From positions 2,542,001 to 2,606,000 of the forward strand of contig NC_043007.1 in assembly GCF_006345805.1 (NCBI RefSeq): 64,000 bases of DNA. Direction: 5' to 3'. This DNA is from Octopus sinensis. Lineage: Eukaryota. Below, piece by piece: positions 1 to 12,832 of this stretch (within the stretch, counting starts at the first letter, position 1; the number at the start of each line of letters is the position of its first letter). Both the position numbers and the translations under genes were made by a program. Under the pieces are notes generated by a model. It was not told the origin of the DNA and did not search any database. It saw only the letters and a list, made by a program, of their open reading frames with translations.

Positions 1-420
1 ATTTGTATTTCATGTACTTAATATACTTTGTATATTGACACGCATAACCTGCATATCAGTACATTCACTTCTCTATATATAGTTATATACGTTTGAATAT
101 TAGCTAATAAAATACTCCTATATGTGTGTGTGCTTGTGAGTGTGAGCGTGTATATATGTGTGTATGTGTGTGTGTGTAAGTATATACATTTGGGTAACAC
201 GATTGATTTGTTAGCTAATATCGCTTTCCTTCCTTGGACAAAGAACAAAGAATATTGGAACCGTTGAAGTCGGTTTAACTCTGTTATACGATATTAACCA
301 TGTGTCCCATTGGATACTAAATCTGTAAATGTATGTAACCTGTGTATTAGATATAAATATAGATAGAAGAAATGTATTTAATTTCTCAATAGACTGAAAA
401 AGAAAGAAAAACTGATAATT

Positions 421-465
421 GCCTCAATCGATTTTCGAACCTCATTGGTTCTCATCCGAAGTGAC
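421..465 (-). ncRNA. Minimal type-I hammerhead-like motif (degenerate)
   Basis: Minus strand: CGGAUGA-gaacc-aauga-gguuc-GAAA-aucgau-UG; perfect 5-bp stem II and palindromic stem III; U4>G and N17=G deviate from consensus. Confidence 0.6.
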
Positions 466-724
466 GGTGACAATTTGACCAGAGAAGAGAAGAAGGATGG
501 CAATCCGTTTATATACTAAACAAATCTGTTGGCTACAAAGAACCGGAGCGACTGATTTGCTTACCGTAATTGTTTGCCGTTTATTTCATATTAAGGTCCT
601 CTCAAGGGAAATCTCACTCCTTACAGCATTCAAGGATTATATAATATATGTACCGCAAAGAAAATATATTTAAGCAGAGCAAATTTAACTAATACTTCTG
701 TAGAATGAAAACAAAATGTTGACA

Positions 725-770
725 ATCGTTAATCAATTTTCGAACCTTATTGAATTCTAATGCACCTTCG
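725..770 (-). ncRNA. Second, more decayed hammerhead-like copy
   Basis: Minus strand: gaauuc-aaua-agguuc-GAAA-auugau-UA; core decayed. Confidence 0.4.
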
Positions 771-1881
771 GTTTTACTCCATTGATCCTGAGAAGCAGTT
801 GGATGGTATATGAAACATCCTAATAAATCTGTTTCGTATTGGTTCCATCAATACCATCACTGTAAAAAAAAAACACCCAAAATTCTACAAAACGGATAAG
901 CATAGAGAGGTGTTGAATTTACTTGGTGAGCTTCATCTATGGAGATAATTCTCTGATATTATTATAGAATTAAATGTTAATGTTTAACTAATTCACACAA
1001 CGTAACAGAACTAAAATTAGTTGTTACTCGTATAAATGATAAGTGTCAGACTTAAAATTCGAATGGTTTATAAATGTCATGGAAGGCAGAGCGAAACGAT
1101 TGATCGATGACTGTTCGTTAACTGAAAAGTTTTGCGATCGTAATAATATATTTTTGGTACTATTAACTAAATATGTGAGTCAATAAAGCCAGCAATTTCA
1201 GTAAATGCTTGGAATCATTAATTTTTCTAATGTCAACACTAAATGTTATGTCATGAAAAATTATTCGTTTTATGTTACCGTGGATATATTTATAATGAAG
1301 CAGAATAGATTTAATAGCTAAAACAATGAAAAATATAGAAACGAAGTTGTCATACTTCAAATACGCTGGTATGAGGTACTAAAACCAAATAAACACGAGT
1401 AGATTCAAGTAGGGCAGCTATGGTCTTGGTTATTTTATGAATGTGTGCACGCACACGCACACATGGACAGGCGCACACACACACACTCGCTCTCTCACCC
1501 ATGAAGGCGTATTTAGAAAGACAGACTTACACACAAACGAGCGCAATCAGGCACACACAAAACAAATTCGCTGTCGAAGATAGAAGCACACGTTTATAAA
1601 CACAGAGAGGTATGCATATGAATAAATAAAACTTAACATTCCATTGCGGTTAGAACTAACGAAACTAAGGAAGATATGTGCGCGTGTGTGTATAAATATT
1701 CGTGGGAATTTATATGTGTGTTTGTGTGCATGTATATATATATATATGCATAGGTATATATGCATGTAAAGGCACACGCACAGTTACGCACACACACACA
1801 TATATATATATATGTATATATACTGGCACACACTAATATATATCTATATATGTGTGTGTATTTATTTATTTATGTATGTAC

Positions 1882-1924
<43 letters not shown>

Positions 1925-3382
1925 CATGATGACCATATTCCAAGTGACGCAAACATCAGAATGCTGAATGGCATAAAGTCGACAGATCGAAAAACTTAGA
2001 ATTTTGTAATATTTTTGCTAAAAACTAATTAGGTGAACCATTTTTTGAAAACATTTATTTACAGTTATAAAACTAAGTTGCTGTTTTTTTTTTTTGTTAC
2101 ATAACATATAACAAATTTAATTTGTACTATTTTTGACGTATCAGAAAACGAAACCGATATATGTGAAGCATATTCAATTACAATAACCATCACAGAAATA
2201 TACGAATAGTTATTGCACGGATACAATTTCGAAAACATAAAGTTATATTTTGATACTTTATCGATTACTCCGATCCTTTAGATTTTCTCTTTATTAAGTA
2301 ATTTTCTCATTTTTTTTTCGATACAATTTTGAAAATACGGAACGATTAAAGCATCGAAAAATTGAGAGGTCGAAATAAACTCCGTATATCGAGCTGCTAC
2401 TTGTCCGTAGATAGAGGACACAACTTCGGTATTACGAACGTGTGATTACAATATAACAGGAAAGATGATTCTCGAAGCCGCGCTCACTAGCAGAAAACCT
2501 ATGGCTATATTAAAAGCGACAAGTTTTGCTTGGGAATGCCGCCTCTAAGTTTGACGATATTTGTTTCTGATAGATCCCTATGAAGAAGGTACGTAAGCAT
2601 TCTAACCTGAAGAAAATTGCAGAAGAGATGTATGGATGAAGAGATACAAGAGAGGTCCGTCCCAGAGAAGGCGATACCGTTTTGATAGGAAATTCAAAGA
2701 AGTCAACGACCAGAACAAGGAAGTTGATATACGGGAGAGTTTGAAAATGCAATGCTAAACACAGTCAAGTTAATCGATTCTGTCATTGGAAAAGGATTCG
2801 AATTTTGTTTGTTCTATTGTTCTAAGGATGGGTACTGTCATGGACGACGGTTATTCATTAATTGTGTTACTACAACCAAATAGTTACAATTTCTTTAAAG
2901 TGACACATATACGTTAACACATACTATTCATACGTTGTATATATATGTATATATATATATATACACTCATAAGCGGATATGTTATATCTCAGTGGATTGT
3001 TGAAATGCAATATATGACAATTCTTTCCTTTGCTCATGTAAATAGAAATTTAGCCTGTGGGTCTAACTTTTATCTGCATATGATTGCAACCCAGTATCGT
3101 TGGCAAACGGAAGGATTCTGTGACAAAGATAAATGTTTAAATGATTGAAGCTGAATTTATATGCATTTCAACACTGAAAGATCCATTTGTAATTTCTACT
3201 GCCTCACCGAATGTATACCGTGCACAAATGACAAGTCCGCAATAAAACAAGCGAGCCGAAATATAATAGAACAATCCACTGGAAGATATTCGATTCATAA
3301 CAGTTGTTGTCTTGTAAAGACCAACATGTAATCTGAATAAATGACGGAGTTATTGAAGAGCAAATAGGCTTGGTGATCGATG

Positions 3383-3460
<78 letters not shown>

Positions 3461-3469
3461 CCTATCTAC

Positions 3470-3527
<58 letters not shown>

Positions 3528-3575
3528 CTATCTATCTATCTATCTATCATCTATCTATATATCTAACTATCTATC
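3383..3575. repeat. (TATC)n microsatellite
   Basis: Direct reading; gives the IYLS pseudo-ORFs. Confidence 0.98.
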
Positions 3576-3793
3576 TTGGAACCTACGCTCTTCAAAAGAA
3601 ATGAAGTGGAGATGAACAGAGAAAGAGAGAGAGAGAATAAAACATATATGTGTATATATATATATATATTATATATATATATATTATTATATATATATAT
3701 ATATATAATATATAGTGTGTGTGTATGTATATATATTGATATAGATATATGCATACATATATATAGATTGATAGATCAGAAAGCCTATTCACA

Positions 3794-3862
<69 letters not shown>

Positions 3863-3889
3863 CTGTGCGTGTATGTGCTTATAGATATG

Positions 3890-5200
3890 TTCGCACCACC
3901 CTTCCCCCTCAAGGTGAAATTATTATCAAAATTATTTTTAAAAATCTTAAAATCAAACTTTCTGTCACAACACAAGTATTATTCCATTATTAGTAAATTT
4001 TGAATAAAAGTCTCATGCTCCTGCACACCTAACCTCGGATCTATCATAGCTGCTCTCAATAGTCGCAAACTGTGAGGCCAGTAGATTGAACATATAAATC
4101 CCTATATAGCACCCCAATCGTATCAGGAAACAACAATGAACAACTCTCGTAGGCTAAGTAATTCTAAAATGATGACAGTATCGCGCAGCCCTAATTACCA
4201 AGTAATGGGTACTAGCTCCATAACCATTCATTCCAATTCTGTTAAAAAATCCGACTTAGATCCACCCTTACCGAAGACATGTCAACTTAAATTAGCCTCA
4301 CGTGTACGATACACTATCAAGCAAGCGAAAATCCTGTAACTGCCATGCTTCCAATTTATGCCCTCTTGAATGTTTTTGCAGATGCAAAAATGTAATATAT
4401 AAATGCATTGTGATGACACCCCGCAACCACCAGGCAATGGTATATATTGGGGGCAGAGTAAACTTTAAGTGTAGATGTCGTACACATATTAATTCTTTTA
4501 TTCATCCCAAAACTAGATGTTCTACTTCGCTAGCTACACATATCCATAATCTCAAAGTACAAAATATACAGTACAAACTATTCTGGTCAATAATAACAGA
4601 AGCAATCCCCACCGACGTTACAATTCATATATACATAAATGTAAACTCTGTATTAAAGTATCATTAACTATCCTGTGAATGTATAATTCTTCAATGATAA
4701 ATAGGTTTTCAAATGTTATCTTCTCTTATAGACATAGGTGTTATTCGTCTCGTAGACAGTTGGCTAACTCTCCATGACTTCACAATAGATTATTATTCCA
4801 TTAAATCTGAATTGTAATAGCTTGTATTATATCGTCTCCTTTAATCCTCCACCTCTAATATTATTAATAGTTACAATTTAATAATAAGTATATTCTCCCT
4901 ACCTACTTCTCTTTACAAAACGCACCCCAACACCTACACGCCACCCCTAACAATAAGTGTAGCTTTTTAATAAAGTTTGTCAAATTTGAATTCCACAACC
5001 TCAGCATAAACAAATGTAAACTTATTCTTTGTAAATTTTCCTGAAAAAGGGAATGAATTAATGAATTAATGGACCTTAAAATCTACTATATCTCTGGATC
5101 AATATGTCTCCAGAAACGGCGGTCGGACCTTAAGGAACTATAACCTGCCATATAGATTTATACCATTCAACTCTGATTTTAAACTCAACACATTCTATTT
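3890..5200 (+). mobile_element. Penelope-like retroelement 3' part (Naiad-type linker + GIY-YIG endonuclease + pLTR), pseudogenised
   Basis: IKVSCSCTPNLGSIIAALNSRKL at ~4005-4072; ORF 4302-4667 with CNCx5Cx5C, VIYK..VYIG, NFKCRCRTHINSF, STSLATHIHNLK, WSII; frameshifted CKLC at ~4640. Confidence 0.88.
5038..5127 (+). ncRNA. Hammerhead-like motif in the PLE pLTR (long stem II, G8 mutated)
   Basis: uuc-CUGAAAA ... ucucca-GAAA-cggcgg-UC-gga, about 370 bp downstream of the GIY-YIG ORF. Confidence 0.5.
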
Positions 5201-6854
5201 ATATATTTTTAATATCGTTTTGATTCTAAGTACAACTATATATTTGTATAATTTTAATATATTCTTAGTTTATTTGTATGGATATTATTTTATTCTTTTA
5301 TTCTCTTATATATTTCAGCTTTTAGGCTGCGGCCATGCTGGGGCAGCGCCAGTTATTATATATATATATTTTCAATGGATTTTTGATGTATTTATATATA
5401 TATCTATATATTTTTATTGCATGATTCTGTGCACATAATTTTTATAATTGAATATAAGTACATACGCGATTCTGGGTTAAAGAGTTGTAAAATCATATTT
5501 TTACTCACTTATTTCAGTCATCAGTATAGTATTTCAATTTTAAATTTGAGAGTACTGATAATTAACAAACAATTTCGACCAAGCGCCATCGAACAGCTTA
5601 TATCTCTTTAACCCAGAAACGCGTATATAGTTAATCAAAGCGGGTGGATTCGATATTTTTTCTCTTTACCTGCGTGAGTTGAGAGTATTACTGCCTGGGA
5701 GATAGCTTATGGTAGTGGAATAGTATTTAAGTGCTATTTCTAAATTTCGGTATGTGGTGAAGCGATTTTTGCTGAACCCTAATTATAATTATGCTTATAA
5801 TTATAGAATTTTTATATATGCATATATGTATATGATTATGACTTATAAGTCTGAAAACGTTGGTGCAGTGAGTCGAAAACTTAGCAGTAGCAGGCAATGA
5901 TTTTGATATGCAGGGTCTGATGTACCCTCTAAACTTGAGAGATTTTCTTCAAGCATCTCGAACATATTCGTAGTAGCGTACATCCCGAAGGTGAAATATT
6001 ATTTCTTTAGGGAACCCAAATGAATAAATAAATAGAATAGAAAATAATATATATGAAAACAACAAACATATTTTGCCTGGAGTATTGTAATATTCCATTC
6101 TGAATCTGTTACATGAAGAGACGTGATCGGCATATTTTTTTTTTTTTTACGCAAAACAGGAAACATTATCATTCTTTATATCCCATGGAATGCATTATTC
6201 ACTCGTGGATAATTCATCACTGTCTAGCGATACACAAGAAATTGATCCGCGCAATCTTTGCATGAATATATTTATAAAAGCCAAAGTCCCGGTATTTTAA
6301 GCTTAACGTTACCGTATCCAGATATAAATAGTGATCCAATATAATATATTCATTTCCAAAATGGTTTGTATTTAGATTTCATATCAGTAACGAAAGAACA
6401 GTAATTAGAAAAGGATAACGCCAGACTGAACTAATTAAAGAAAAAAACTTGATTGACTAAGATAAAAGCACAATATTTCTACATAAATCTAAATATCTAG
6501 ATTTATGTTGGTCTCACACATTAAACATAAATATAGTCATAATTAACTGACCAGCCTGGTTATAACGTCTATTATATCTAACGAAAACTAAGTGTTATAA
6601 TGAATTTTATGTTTTCTGAAATTATGTCTCTGTATTTTTCACCCAATATAAATATGTCCAGAAATTCCGGACATCATGTTTATGATAAGCATAAAAATAT
6701 ATAAATCAATCATAACTGAATTTCATTTAATGTGATAAAATTAATGCGAAGGTTAGTATGCTGGATCCGATATATATATATTGGATCCGATGCATAACTC
6801 TTGCCAGAAAAGCAAATATATTGGTTAGTATATTCTAGGGCTTGGGAAAACGCG

Positions 6855-7346
<492 letters not shown>

Positions 7347-7402
7347 TCGCTAAAAAATGTTAGTCATAAGTTTACTTGATTGTAGCTGATACCTAGGTTT
7401 AA

Positions 7403-7615
7403 CCCTTTAGTGTTCAGATTACTCTGTTAAATGTAACACTTTTTCACTCAAATTGTTTTGATTTACTCATCTTACAGCTTTGCGGTTTCAACGATGCAAT
7501 TGTTTATTTTTAGAATGTCAATGTAGGTTAGGTGTGAGAGGTTAGATATGGCTAATTCAAATATAAAACAAGTAGAATGTCTGGGCCAGATGTGGCCGGT
7601 TTAAACATTAAAGGG
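7403..7615. mobile_element. piggyBac-like MITE
   Basis: TTAA|CCCTTTAGTGTT ... AACATTAAAGGG|TTAA; 11/12 TIR match; TTAA at 7399-7402 and 7616-7619. Confidence 0.8.
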
Positions 7616-8203
7616 TTAAACAACAAAACAAAAAACACAACATGCTAATTAAAATAAACTCTTAGTTCAGAGGTCTAAATATTTTACAGCTGCAAATTAA
7701 TTGGTCGAAAGAGGTCGTTATGTATTCCGCTTAATTCAATCTATAAGCATTTGATTAGTTTGAAGAGTATGTTGTTCATCTTAATTGGTAATTATCTTAT
7801 TTACAGCAATCAATACATAAACAAGGCTAATACTATGAAATTGTATACAAGAAAGCAAAATGACGTATTTCCAACATTCAGCACATACGAACCTAAACAG
7901 ATGGATTGTATTCAGATAACGAAATATTCCACACAACTTGATGCACTTATAATATTTATGTTACGAAGTTTCAAACGCTAACAATATGAGTTACTAATAA
8001 TTATTTCGGAAGTTGACACAAAGCTTGAAATTTAGAGATACTGGTTAGGAGATTCAATTGGCAGAGGAATTTGATGGAAGAACGGAAAGAAGCCATTTCG
8101 CCATCGTAAGCGCCATCTGCAATGATAGTACTAAATCAAATATTAACCTAGAGAGAGAGACGGGGAGAAGGCAGAGAAAGAATGACAGCGAGAGGGAGGG
8201 ATA

Positions 8204-8238
<35 letters not shown>

Positions 8239-8240
8239 AT

Positions 8241-8298
<58 letters not shown>

Positions 8299-8319
8299 CT
8301 GCCTGTGTATGTGTATATA

Positions 8320-9210
8320 TACAAGATCTGAACAATAAGTACCCATAGTAACAAAGCTAAGGCATCCAGAGGGAAGCCGTTAGGCACAGATTGACCTTGA
8401 ACAGTGTTGTGCATGCGCACTATGTTTTAACATTCTAGCTCACTCCCGCTGTTTACAGCAGTGCTTCGAAGGAAGGCGTGTAGCGTGTGATCGTCGCATG
8501 TCCATGACAGAGAAAAATGTCATAGCGATACCTGTCCAGAGGCCAACGCAGATTTGCATAAAGTGTATGGAGAGGAGTGTATGAGCCGCACACAAGTGTA
8601 CGAATAGTTCAGACTTTTTCAAGATGGCAGAAAACAATGTCGATATCGAAGAACGTTCTGGGAGATCCACGACCAACAGCACTGACAAAAACATCGCAGA
8701 TGTGGGTGCAGGTTTGAGGGGAAATCGTAGAATCACCATCTGTGAGTTATCAGAGAATGTGCAGATCAGTTACGGTTCAGTTCAGTCCATTATCACTGAA
8801 GATTTGGGTAGGAGACGCGTGTCTTCCAAGTTTGTGCCCAAACTCCTCTCAGCTGAGCAAAAAGACATTCGGGTTTCAGTTACACACGATCTCCTTGATT
8901 TTGTGGAGGACGATGAAACATTTTGAAAACTTTGCAGACGCCATTTGAAAACTTTGCAGGTATAGCGAAGCTTTTGGCAAAATCTGATGCATATTCCCTG
9001 TCCAACTTTCTCTATCATGGTGAATACGACGGTCATACGTTACAGACTTTCCATCCAAGCACTGCTTAAAACAGCGGAAGTGATCTGAAACTGCAAAACC
9101 TAGTGCGCATGCACAGCAGAGGTTAAGGTTATCTGTGCCAAGCAGGTTCTCTCTGCATGCTTTAGTTTCGTTACTATGGCAAAAGTCCAGATACTTATTG
9201 ATCAGAGTAC
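8320..9210. mobile_element. Rearranged mariner: 5' half on + (HTH region) joined to an inverted second 5' end on -
   Basis: ORF 8624-8926 with RSGRS..RRITICELS..RRVSSKFVPKLL; minus strand MIEKVGQGICIRFCQKL; 8320-8520 is an imperfect inverted copy of 9010-9210. Confidence 0.85.
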
Positions 9211-9799
9211 ACATACATACATACATTCATACATACATAAATACATACATTCATACATACATACATACATACATACATACATACATACATACATACATAC
9301 ATACATACATTCATACATACATTCATACATACATAAATGCATACATGCATACATACATACATACATACATACATTCATACATGCATACACACATACATAC
9401 ATACATACATACATTCATACATGCATACACACATACATACATACATACATACATACATACATGCATACACACATACATACATACATACATACAAACATTC
9501 ATACATACATACATACATACATATATAAATACATACATACATACATTCATACATACATACATTCATACATACATACATTCATACTTGCATACACACATAC
9601 ATACATACATACATACATATATACATACATACATTCATACATGCATGCACACATTCACACATACATACATACATACATACACACATACATACATACATTC
9701 ATACATGCATACACACATACATACATACATACATACATACATTCATACATGCATACATACATACAACATACATACATACATACTACATACATACATATA

Positions 9800-9830
<31 letters not shown>
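9210..9830. repeat. (TACA)n microsatellite with ~40-bp higher-order variants
   Basis: Recurring cattcatacatgcatacacacatacata blocks; source of the HTYI pseudo-ORFs. Confidence 0.97.
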
Positions 9831-9940
9831 CCTTGTTATAATGCAAAAGTTCGTAAGTCCAAAACGATGTTTGTTCAGAAAGCGAAAATATAGTTTCACC
9901 ATTCCATAGCCAAACGGTTGTACTACACTTTGACAAGTTT

Positions 9941-9986
<46 letters not shown>

Positions 9987-9999
9987 GAACAAAGAGAGC

Positions 10000-10031
<32 letters not shown>

Positions 10032-10384
10032 AAGGGAAAAGATGATAAGGCACAGAAGATTTGTTTTACAGGATTTAAGAGTATATTAGAGCCATGATAA
10101 TAAAGATATACAATTTTTTGCAAAATAAGGTGTTGCTCATTCAATATAATTGAAATAAGGACCGGTTTCACTTTGCTAATCAAACTGAGGGTTGAAAGAG
10201 ATAAATTGCTGGGGGGGGGGGCTAAAATATTGCAGGGGGAGATAATTGTTCACTCACTTATTTTGTAGTGAAGGGGAGGTAAATCTCTAATGTTTATTAT
10301 TATTATTATTTTGTGTTCTCTATTTTATTCTGGATTATATCTTCCATTCGATGGCGGTAAGTCCTTTATTTTTAGTATGGTTTC

Positions 10385-10710
10385 CCACACGCTGAAGACG
10401 TACCAATATTTGCTCTAGAGAATCTGCAAGGAAATCTCCGTTGGACACCTTGTGACCGTTCGAAATAAGTGGAATAATCAAACCAGAAATCGCTGCATAT
10501 TAAGGGTAATTTAATATATTACTAGAAACTATATTGGAATAAAATAGAATCGATCGGAAAGTTATTGTATTTATAGACACTCTGAAGTATGGAATATTTA
10601 AGGAAAGCGTTGAAACCGTTCGAAATCAGTGAAGAACTCAACCAAAGTAATTCAATATATTACGAGGTAATATCTTGGAATGAAATACAATTCACCGGTA
10701 ACATATTTTT
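10385..10710 (+). repeat. Two diverged tandem units, possible pLTR remnant
   Basis: Both units have cac..ctgaag, ccgttcgaaat.agtg, gtaatt.aatatattac, ttggaat.aaata.aat. Confidence 0.45.
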
Positions 10711-10855
10711 AGTCGCTGAAGGAAAATTTTTCTACGTGGGATAATCGTATATCCTTTTTACATTTTCGATCCGAAACCTTTGGTTGAAAAGGAAACCAAG
10801 AAATAAGCTGGTTTAATAGAAAGCGAGGAAGAAAAAATATAATATAATATATAAT

Positions 10856-10899
<44 letters not shown>

Positions 10900-11524
10900 A
10901 ATATATATATATGTATGTATGTATATATGTATGTATTTATGTATGTATAGAAGAAAAACCGCCACATACCGATAATCGATCACTTTGATTACATTCTCAA
11001 CTCAAACCTTTCCAGCCTTATTTTCCTTACAGACTCACTTTGAGAAGTACATATATACAAATATGAACAAACAAATCGGCTTTTGAAAAAAAAAATACAA
11101 GGGAAAAGCCCTTGAAGCTAATTGATGCTGCATAGTAGAAGCTTGTAAACGTAAATTTGTCCATACAGTGGAACATTTTAAAAAAAATTACGTCAGATAA
11201 ACTTTCTTGAATCAATTCTCCGTGCGAGTTTAGAACCCCCGCTCCTGATTATCATCTATCAATTTGCTCTCCTCACTTTTCTCGCCTAGAATGCCTGCTC
11301 CCCCTCTCTCTTCTCAATTTATTCTCCTAGCTTTCCTCACCTAACCTCCCTCTGTCTCCTAGTATACTCTTCTGCTCGACTCTCCTCCCGTCTTCTCCTC
11401 TACCACCCCTCCCACCCTCTCCTGTTCTACTCTGTTCTCATCTTCCCTTCCCCTACTCCTCCCACTCCCGTGAAATCTCTATCGCGACACCCCCTCTCCC
11501 TCTCTCTGTACTCGTTTCTATCCA

Positions 11525-11910
11525 TGTCATTATTCAGTTTATTTCAAGATTTCTTGCCAATAGAGAAAGAGCCGGTTTCTAATCCAGATTCAAGGCTCCT
11601 TCATTGAAATTTCAGGACCAACAACAGGGTACTTTTGTATTTATGTATACATGCAGATCTACGTGTTTTGTTGTATATATGTCATATCGTGCTTATACTT
11701 GCATATCTAGACATGCTCATATTTACTTAAGAGATAAACATTTGGAATGTTTTACACATTTTTACAGTTCCAGTGATGGATTGAATCTGTAGTTTTCGAA
11801 TCAGCTTTCTTCTTTCTGGTTTTGAGAATACTAATTTCTCATGATTTGTATTTAGGCAGTATGTTACATATCCCAGTACCCCAATAATTACAAGTATAAA
11901 TTTGAACTTG
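11525..11910 (-). mobile_element. 3' end of R4-clade RLE LINE, TACA-associated family
   Basis: FILVIIGVLGYVTYCLNTNHEKLVFSKPERRKLIRKLQIQSITGTVKMCKTFQMFIS* plus 3' UTR ending aaaactgaataatga. Confidence 0.8.
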
Positions 11911-11940
11911 TGTGTATGTATATATGTGTGTATATATAAA

Positions 11941-12171
11941 GGCGGGTAGCTGGCAGAAGCGTTAGCACGCCGGACGAAATGCTTAGCGGTGTTTCGTCTG
12001 CCGTTACGTTCTGAGTTCAAATTCCGCCAGAGGTCGACTTTGCCTTTCATCCTTTCGGGGTCGATAAATTAAGTACCAGTTACGCACTGGGGTCTATATA
12101 ATCGACTTAATACCTTTGTCTGTCGTTGTTTGTCCCCTCTGTGTTTAGCCCCTTTGGGTAGTAACGAAATA
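11941..12171 (+). mobile_element. tRNA-derived SINE family B (Meta-domain-like core), full length
   Basis: A box tggcagaagcg, B box gagttcaaattc, core gcctttcatcctttcggggtcgataaattaagtaccag; several other copies in the window. Confidence 0.88.
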
Positions 12172-12537
12172 TGTATATATGTGTGTATGAATGTATGTAT
12201 GCATGCACGCATGTATGTATAGAACGTGAGGAATTATTCATAAGCTGCTTTAACCGGTATTCTCTTACGGCAAGGCCAATTAGTGTTATAACGCTTGCTG
12301 TATCGTATAGTGTTGGCCTTACATAAACGCGACTCTATATAGATCTTTCCGAGATGATACGTGGAGTCCGTATTCATTGAAGGATATTTTGTCTCACTCA
12401 TTTGCTTATTCTATCAAGAAACGCTCGATACATTGTATATAAAACATACACTCACTCACACACACACACACAAATGTGCACGCACACTCACAAATTTTAT
12501 TCATATCGATTATTCATCTATTTATATATGTAGATAC

Positions 12538-12583
<46 letters not shown>

Positions 12584-12728
12584 TATATATCTATATATAT
12601 ATATATATATACTTTCAGCAAAAACAATTAAGATTCAAGTGAATTCCAATGAATTCAAATGAATATGGTACTTAACTTAGATGCACCAGAATTCTTTATG
12701 GTATTAACCATAAAAAATGTGGGGTGAT

Positions 12729-12790
12729 TATAACCAAGAAAAAAGCAACAAGAATGGATGCTAAACCATTCTTGTTGCTTTTTTCTTGGT

Positions 12791-12794
<4 letters not shown>
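12729..12794. repeat. Perfect 29-bp inverted repeat with 8-nt loop abutting (TA)n
   Basis: tataaccaagaaaaaagcaacaagaatgg-atgctaaa-ccattcttgttgcttttttcttggttata. Confidence 0.95.

Positions 12795-12832
<38 letters not shown>

Larger units (their letters stand above)
300..835 (-). mobile_element. Penelope-like pLTR remnant, two diverged ~305-bp tandem units, each with a hammerhead-like motif
   Basis: 392-530 aligns by eye with 702-833 (shared aatc[g/a]attttcgaacct[c/t]attg, ggatgg, aaatctgtt); both units carry a minus-strand GAAA/stem II motif. Confidence 0.55.

Noticed and set aside
394-520. Plus-strand peptide KLIIASIDFRTS resembling the HSP70-12 AIDFGT motif
   Set aside because: Stops follow quickly; the conserved bases are better explained by the minus-strand hammerhead motif
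2580-2760. BEL/Pao integrase C-terminus-like peptide (REGDTVLIG..YGRV)
   Set aside because: Too short and lacks the conserved Trp; unsupported
9135-9893. 252-aa ORF and all other YI/HT/CV/IYLS-rich ORFs
   Set aside because: Translations of stop-free microsatellites, not genes
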